DNA of 64,000 nucleotides from Congregibacter sp. (GTDB lineage Bacteria > Pseudomonadota > Gammaproteobacteria > Pseudomonadales > Halieaceae). The stretch lies in contig NZ_CBFHZO010000121.1 of the NCBI RefSeq assembly GCF_965660375.1, positions 3,250 to 67,249 of the forward strand. The letters run 5' to 3'. Positions 58,309 to 64,000 of this stretch are shown piece after piece (within the stretch, counting starts at the first letter, position 1; each line of letters starts with the position of its first letter). Position numbers and translations under genes: made by a program. The notes below the pieces were generated by a model. The model did no database searches. It was not told where the DNA came from and saw only the letters and a program-made list of their open reading frames with translations.

Positions 58309-59397
58309 TCAGGCCTTCCGCAATTTCTTTACGCCATCGGGACCAAAGAGTAAACCAATGGCCAGGGCGAAAAACCCCAGATGCAGGAGATACATCTGGT
58401 AGGCCTGGGCGTCACCCTCGGCAACGCTGGTGCGAACGCTTGCCAGCGCAAACAGGTAACACAGATGCAGGAGCAGCGCTGGCGCAAGCTTGATATAGCG
58501 CCCCCGGCGATGGTTTGTTTTACTCAGACTTAACGCGAGAAGAGCAACCACGGGTACCATGAGTGCCAACGACAGGCGCCAGTGTAGCGCTGCCCTGTCT
58601 TCCGCGTCATTAGAATCTAAAAGTTCAGCCGTAGATTTTGCATCCACGGGTTCACTGCGCGCCATGGAGGGCGCATCGGGCAGTCGCTGCCCAAAGATGC
58701 CAAACCGTACGACTCGATAATCAGCGCTTCCCGGCGTGCCGCTAAAGCGGTAACCATCCCTGAGTTCGAGATAGCGCACCCCCGAGCCGGGATCCACAAC
58801 AACAGAGCCCCGCTGCGCCACGGTAACACCGGCCACCGACCGGTCCGCCTCCCGACCCTCGGGGGCGTATAAAAACACCTGCTTCAGCACCCCCGCTTCG
58901 GGGTCTATGTCCGACGCATAGGTGACCGTCCCATCATCTCCCCGGGGCTGAAATCGTCCGGCAGCCAATAGCTGCAGACCCTGCAGGGCCTGGGGGTCAT
59001 TCAGCAACGCTTCGGTTCGGGCGACCCCCTGGGGCGTCACCAGCAGCGAGAGGCTTGCAACCACCAGCATGATCAGCAGAGCCGGTGCCAGGGTAAAGCC
59101 TGCCAGTTTCGCAGGACCCACACCGCAGGCACTGAGAATCACCATCTCACTCTCAACATACAGCCGGCCGTAGGACATGAGGATGCCAATAAACAGGCCC
59201 AGGGGCAGGAGCAGCTCTAAAAAACCCGGCAGGCGGTAGAACATGACAGGCAAAAGGATTTCCGCAGCCAGCTTTCCCGACGCGGCCTCCGCCAGATACT
59301 TCACGAAGCGACCCGTGAGGATAATGGCCAACAACACAGAGCTCACGGCCAGGGTATGACCCAGAACATCGCCCGCCAGATAGGCGCGCAGTCTCAT
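58309..59397 (-). CDS. lptF: LPS export ABC transporter permease LptF
   Basis: YjgP/YjgQ family. Divergent from pepA, the arrangement I recall from E. coli and Pseudomonas. Confidence 0.9.
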   Translation of the reverse strand: MRLRAYLAGDVLGHTLAVSSVLLAIILTGRFVKYLAEAASGKLAAEILLPVMFYRLPGFLELLLPLGLFIGILMSYGRLYVESEMVILSACGVGPAKLAGFTLAPALLIMLVVASLSLLVTPQGVARTEALLNDPQALQGLQLLAAGRFQPRGDDGTVTYASDIDPEAGVLKQVFLYAPEGREADRSVAGVTVAQRGSVVVDPGSGVRYLELRDGYRFSGTPGSADYRVVRFGIFGQRLPDAPSMARSEPVDAKSTAELLDSNDAEDRAALHWRLSLALMVPVVALLALSLSKTNHRRGRYIKLAPALLLHLCYLFALASVRTSVAEGDAQAYQMYLLHLGFFALAIGLLFGPDGVKKLRKA

Positions 59398-59497
59398 AAG
59401 GTCTCCGCGAGGCGTCGGCTAATGACGGGTCTGGAGAGTTCAGTTTGCACGCTGTTCATCTTACACTAGGGGTTCCTATCTTTTAGAGAGACTCACC

Positions 59498-60991
59498 ATG
59501 GCAGCACTCCGCTTTTCCGCCAGCGATCCACAGAAAGCCTCCGCCAAATCCACGCAATGCGCCATCCTCCCCGTGGGTAGCTCCCTGCGACTTGATGACG
59601 CCGGGCGCGCCCTCGCAAAGGACAGCGCCGGCGTGCTTTCGGCAGCCCTCAAAGGGGGAGAGTTTAAAGGACAGGTGGGAGAAACGCTGCTGCTGCACAG
59701 CCCCGGTGCTGCCCAGCGCATCCTGCTTATCGGTGTTGGCGACACAAAGCCAACCCGCGGTGATTATCTGAAGATAAGCCGATCCCTCGCCCGCGCGCTC
59801 CTCGCCAGCAAGGCCAAAGACGCGCAAATGCATCTTGGCGCCCTGAAGGTAGGCAGCAGTGACTGGGAGTGGCTCTGTCAGCGTCTCGCGACGGATCTGG
59901 TGTACCACGCTTATCGCTATGCCCTGACGCTGTCCAAACCAAAACCGGCACCAACCCTTAATCGTTTTGTGCTCTTGAGTGGCGACACGGCGCTGCTGCG
60001 ACGAGCCAGGAGCGCACTGAACCGCGGTGGCCAGGCTGGTGGGGGCATCAACCTCGCCCGCGAATTGGCCAACCTCCCCGCCAATTACTGCACCCCGGAA
60101 CACCTGGCAAAAGAAGCGCGGAAATTAGCCCGCGGGAATGACAAGGCCAGCTGCAAAATTCTTAACGAAAAGGCCATGGCCGAGCTGGGGATGCATTCGC
60201 TGCTGTCGGTCACGGCGGGAACGGCCACCCCGGCGAAACTGATCGTTCTGGAATACAAGGGCGGTAAGCGCGGCGCAGCGCCTCATGTGCTGGTGGGCAA
60301 AGGCATTACCTTTGACAGTGGCGGCATTTCGCTGAAGCCCGGCGCCAAGATGGACGAAATGAAATTCGACATGGGCGGTGCGGCGAGCGTTTTGGGAACC
60401 ATGCAGGCCGTCATGGAGATGGCCCTGCCAATCAATGTGGTGGCAATTATTGCTGCGGCGGAGAACATGCCCAGTGGCACCGCCACCAAACCCGGAGACG
60501 TTATCACCTCCATGGCGGGCATCACCATTGAAGTGCTCAACACCGATGCCGAGGGTCGTCTCGTGCTCTGTGATGCACTGACCTACGCCGAACGATTCAA
60601 ACCCGCGAGCGTGGTGGATATCGCGACGCTCACCGGCGCCTGCGTAGTCGCTCTGGGCAGCCACGCTTCCGGTTTGTACGCCAATGATGACAAGCTTGCG
60701 GAGCAACTCCTTGATGCAGGCACCACCAGCCACGATCGGGCCTGGCGTATGCCTCTGTGGGACGAATACCAGCGACAGCTGGACAGCAATTTTGCGGACA
60801 TGGGGAACATCGGCGGCCCCGGAGGTGGCAGTGTCACCGCAGCGTGCTTCCTCTCCCGCTTTGCGACCAAGTACAACTGGGCGCATCTGGACATAGCCGG
60901 ATCCGCCTGGGACTCCGCGCCCAAAGGCGCCACCGGGCGTCCCGTGGGTCTCCTCACCCAGTATCTCTGTGACCGGGCGTCGACTGATTGA
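59498..60991 (+). CDS. pepA: leucyl aminopeptidase (M17)
   Basis: VGKGITFDSGGISLKP and NTDAEGRLVLCD signatures. Confidence 0.95.
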   Translation: MAALRFSASDPQKASAKSTQCAILPVGSSLRLDDAGRALAKDSAGVLSAALKGGEFKGQVGETLLLHSPGAAQRILLIGVGDTKPTRGDYLKISRSLARALLASKAKDAQMHLGALKVGSSDWEWLCQRLATDLVYHAYRYALTLSKPKPAPTLNRFVLLSGDTALLRRARSALNRGGQAGGGINLARELANLPANYCTPEHLAKEARKLARGNDKASCKILNEKAMAELGMHSLLSVTAGTATPAKLIVLEYKGGKRGAAPHVLVGKGITFDSGGISLKPGAKMDEMKFDMGGAASVLGTMQAVMEMALPINVVAIIAAAENMPSGTATKPGDVITSMAGITIEVLNTDAEGRLVLCDALTYAERFKPASVVDIATLTGACVVALGSHASGLYANDDKLAEQLLDAGTTSHDRAWRMPLWDEYQRQLDSNFADMGNIGGPGGGSVTAACFLSRFATKYNWAHLDIAGSAWDSAPKGATGRPVGLLTQYLCDRASTD

Positions 60992-61416
60992 CTCGCGTCG
61001 GCTTCTACATTGTAGAAAATACCGATGCGAGCAGCCGCACGCGTCTGGCCCTGCGGCTGACGGAGAAAGCCCACAAGCAGGGCCATCGTATTTTCATCCA
61101 CAGCGAAGATGAGGCACAGGCCAGGGAGCTCGACGAGCTTCTCTGGACCTTTCGGCCGACGAGCTTTCTCCCCCACGCCCTTTGCAGCGACGAAAGCTCG
61201 GAGCAGATTTGTATTGGTTGGGGGCAGGAACCTGCCGGGCATGACGATCTGCTGATCAATCTGCAAACATCGGTGCCGGAGTTTATCGGGCGCTTCCAGC
61301 GCGTCGCCGAGCTGGTGAACCAGGAACCCGCCAGACTGGAGGCGCTCCGCCATTCCTGGCGGCACTATCGTGAGCGGGGCTATGCGTTGGAAGAACATCG
61401 CCTGCCCAGCGTATAA
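60988..61416 (+). CDS. holC: DNA polymerase III subunit chi
   Basis: 142 aa with the FY pattern near the N-terminus (RVGFYIV). 4-nt overlap with pepA and position before valS. Confidence 0.85.
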   Translation: MTRVGFYIVENTDASSRTRLALRLTEKAHKQGHRIFIHSEDEAQARELDELLWTFRPTSFLPHALCSDESSEQICIGWGQEPAGHDDLLINLQTSVPEFIGRFQRVAELVNQEPARLEALRHSWRHYRERGYALEEHRLPSV

Positions 61417-61488
61417 TCCGCGCTTTTTTGCGCCCGAGTAGCCGCGGCACCTCCAGCACTACCGGCACGCCATGAGACAGACAGTTTA

Positions 61489-64000
61489 ATGATGGAAAAA
61501 ACATTTCAACCCGCTGAACTGGAACAGCGCTGGTACCAGCGTTGGGAAGAGGCGGGCTACTTTGCCCCCCAGGGCGGCGACCAGGCCTTCTCCGTAATGA
61601 TCCCGCCACCGAACGTCACGGGTAGTCTCCACATGGGGCATGGGTTTCAGGAAACCATTATCGACGCTCTGGTGCGCTATCACCGCATGGCGGGCTACGA
61701 CACTCTGTGGCAACCCGGTACGGACCACGCCGGCATCGCTACCCAGATGGTGGTGGAGCGCCAATTGGCGGCCGAAGGCAAAGACCGCCATGAAATGGGC
61801 AGAGACGCCTTCATCGAAAAAGTCTGGGAGTGGAAAGCCAGCTCCGGCGGCACTATCACCCAGCAGCTGCGCCGCCTGGGAGCCTCACCGGACTGGTCCC
61901 GGGAACGCTTCACCATGGACGAGGGCCTTTCTGCAGCGGTTCAGGAAACCTTCATCCAGCTCTATCGAGAGGGCCTGATCTACCGTGGTCAGCGTTTAGT
62001 GAACTGGGACCCGGCAATTCACACCGCCATTTCGGACCTCGAGGTCATTTCCGAGGAGGAGCAGGGGAAACTCTGGCATTTCCGCTACCCCCTTGCCGAC
62101 GGCTCCGGTCACCTCACCGTGGCGACAACCCGCCCGGAGACAATGCTCGGTGATGCTGCCGTAGCAGTGCACCCCGAGGATGAGCGCTATGCCCATCTTG
62201 TGGGCAAAGAGATTGCATTGCCGCTTTGTGATCGACTCATTCCAATCATTGCTGACGATTACGTGGATCCCGAATTTGGCACGGGCTGCGTAAAAATCAC
62301 ACCGGCCCATGATTTCAATGATTACGAGGTAGGCCAGCGCCACTCCCTCCCCCTCATCAATATTTTCGACGACGATGCGGCCATCAATAATCAGGCGCCG
62401 GAGTTTTATCGGGGACTGGATCGCTTCACCGCCCGGGAAAAGATCGTCGAAGATTTTCGCCACCTCGGTCTCCTGGAGAAAATTGACGATCACACCTTGA
62501 AGGTTCCCCGGGGAGATCGCAGTGGCGTCGTTATCGAACCCTACCTTACACAGCAGTGGTATGTGGACGCCAAGGCCCTCGCCGGCCCCGCCATTGAAGC
62601 GGTAGAAAGCGGTGAGATTGAGTTTGTTCCCAAGCAGTGGGAAAACACTTACTTCGCCTGGATGCGGGATATCCAGGACTGGTGCATCAGCCGACAACTC
62701 TGGTGGGGCCATCGCATACCCGCCTGGTTTGATGCCGAAGGCAATATTTACGTCGGCAACGATGAAGCCAGTGTGCGAGCCGAAAACGGCCTGGATGACA
62801 GTGTGCCTTTGCACCAGGACGAAGACGTGCTGGACACCTGGTTTTCTTCAGCCCTCTGGACCTTTAGCACCCTGGGCTGGCCCGACAACGACGAGATGCT
62901 CCAGCGCTTTCACCCCACCAGCGTGCTGGTAACCGGCTTTGACATTATTTTCTTCTGGGTCGCGCGGATGATCATGATGACCCTGCATTTTCGTGGCGAA
63001 GTACCGTTTCGGCAGGTTTACGTCCACGGACTCGTGCGCGACGCTGAGGGCCAGAAGATGTCCAAGTCAAAGGGCAACGTTCTTGACCCTATTGATCTTA
63101 TCGACGGTATCGACCTTGCGAGTCTGGTAGAAAAACGCACCTCCGGTCTCATGCAGCCACAGCAGGCAGAGCGTATTCGCGAGACCACCCACGCGCAGTT
63201 TCCCGATGGCATCAATGCCTATGGCACCGACGCCTTACGCTTCACCTTTTACTCCCTGGCTGCCACTGGCCGCGATATCAAGTTTGATCTCGGCCGCATC
63301 GAGGGCTTTCGCAATTTCTGCAATAAAATCTGGAACGCCGCGCGCTTTGTACTCATGAACTGTGAAGGCAAGGATTGCGGTGTCGATGAAAGCCTTCCCT
63401 TTACCCTTGGCACCTCGGAGCGCTGGATTGAGAGTGAACTGCAGCGCATGCTGGAACGCTTCCACAAATCCATCGCCAGCTACCGCTTCGATCTGGCCTC
63501 CCAGGCCCTTTACGATTTTATCTGGAACGAATACTGCGACTGGTACCTTGAACTCTCCAAAGTGGCGCTTCGCGATGAAAGCGACCCAGCGGTTGCCCGT
63601 GGCATTCGACGGACCCTGATCCGTACCCTCGAGCAAAGCCTCCGCGCCCTCCATCCACTCATGCCCTATATCACGGAAGAAATCTGGCAGAACGTTGCGC
63701 CCCTCGCGGGAGTCACCGGCCCGACTATCATGCTACAGCGTTTCCCTGCGGAGGATGTTACCCGTATCGACGAGGCAGCTACCGCAGACATCGATTGGCT
63801 CAAAGGCTTTGCCCTGGCAGTGAGAACCATCCGCGGAGAAATGAGTATCCCCCCGGGCAAGCGTCTGCCTGTGCTTCTGCGAGAGGGCGATGGCGAAGAT
63901 CCACGACGCATAGCCGCTCTTGATACTCAGGTAAAGCAACTCGCCGGGCTGGAAAGTATCAACTGGCTTGATGGCGAAGCCCCCGCCTCCGCCACGGGAA
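61489..64000 (+). CDS. valS: valine--tRNA ligase, 3'-partial (runs off the window; not in the ORF track)
   Basis: Hand translation from ATG 61489: [25 protein letters not shown]...[13 protein letters not shown] (HIGH-type) ...[21 protein letters not shown] is encoded at about 63058..63081. The frame is open to nt 64000. Confidence 0.95.
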   Translation, partial: MMEKTFQPAELEQRWYQRWEEAGYFAPQGGDQAFSVMIPPPNVTGSLHMGHGFQETIIDALVRYHRMAGYDTLWQPGTDHAGIATQMVVERQLAAEGKDRHEMGRDAFIEKVWEWKASSGGTITQQLRRLGASPDWSRERFTMDEGLSAAVQETFIQLYREGLIYRGQRLVNWDPAIHTAISDLEVISEEEQGKLWHFRYPLADGSGHLTVATTRPETMLGDAAVAVHPEDERYAHLVGKEIALPLCDRLIPIIADDYVDPEFGTGCVKITPAHDFNDYEVGQRHSLPLINIFDDDAAINNQAPEFYRGLDRFTAREKIVEDFRHLGLLEKIDDHTLKVPRGDRSGVVIEPYLTQQWYVDAKALAGPAIEAVESGEIEFVPKQWENTYFAWMRDIQDWCISRQLWWGHRIPAWFDAEGNIYVGNDEASVRAENGLDDSVPLHQDEDVLDTWFSSALWTFSTLGWPDNDEMLQRFHPTSVLVTGFDIIFFWVARMIMMTLHFRGEVPFRQVYVHGLVRDAEGQKMSKSKGNVLDPIDLIDGIDLASLVEKRTSGLMQPQQAERIRETTHAQFPDGINAYGTDALRFTFYSLAATGRDIKFDLGRIEGFRNFCNKIWNAARFVLMNCEGKDCGVDESLPFTLGTSERWIESELQRMLERFHKSIASYRFDLASQALYDFIWNEYCDWYLELSKVALRDESDPAVARGIRRTLIRTLEQSLRALHPLMPYITEEIWQNVAPLAGVTGPTIMLQRFPAEDVTRIDEAATADIDWLKGFALAVRTIRGEMSIPPGKRLPVLLREGDGEDPRRIAALDTQVKQLAGLESINWLDGEAPASATG

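Noticed and set aside
60125-61398. Two long minus-strand ORFs (253 aa and 271 aa)
   Set aside because: They lie antisense to pepA and holC, which carry diagnostic M17 and chi features. These are shadow ORFs.
61996-62814. 272-aa minus-strand ORF, the longest track ORF in this region
   Set aside because: The real gene is valS on the plus strand. It is missing from the track only because it has no stop inside the window. The hand translation shows HIGH- and KMSKS-type motifs.

Overview
The window is GC-rich (not computed) core chromosome of a Pseudomonas-like gammaproteobacterium. It is almost fully coding. I support 63 protein genes and found no rRNA, tRNA, CRISPR array, IS or transposon, integrase or prophage remnant.

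Gene order is strongly syntenic with well-known housekeeping blocks:
- M20 amidohydrolase-NUDIX-cytochrome b561, convergent with a 5'-partial cytochrome c'
- DUF442/TauE/purC
- udk-nupC
- a TonB-dependent receptor
- trpS, apeB, uppP, tsaB, mobA, adk
- cysM-relA-mazG
- the nadB / rpoE(algU)-rseA-rseB-rseC-mucD-lepA-lepB-DUF4845-rnc-era-recO supercluster
- ygfX-sdhE / ygfZ, then ung
- an oxygen-limitation island: hemN-anr-yip1-ccoNOQP-ccoGHIS-TauE-like, plus ompW
- bolA-trhO-TPP enzyme
- RDD, lptG-lptF / pepA-holC-valS (valS is 3'-partial at the window edge)

Many neighbouring genes overlap by 1-4 nt, which suggests translational coupling.

Two real genes are missing from the ORF track. One is the 58-aa ccoQ. 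The other is valS, which runs off the window end. Several track ORFs are N-terminally over-extended, and I re-set those starts.

I see no defence island and no obviously novel multi-gene system. The items most worth a second look are:
1. A 1341-aa fusion of a DUF1631-like module to a degenerate GGDEF and an intact-looking EAL domain, with an unusual repeat and hairpin leader.
2. Three FNR/Anr boxes, each 31-32 nt from a -10-like hexamer (class II geometry). They tie a Yip1-family gene and ompW to the cbb3/hemN regulon.
3. A possibly leaderless acidic protein with repeated motifs, coupled to an RDD membrane protein.
4. A membrane-anchored S1-like protease whose 3' end overlaps a convergent 118-aa hypothetical gene.

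All functional calls come from reading motifs and from remembered family signatures. No database search was run.
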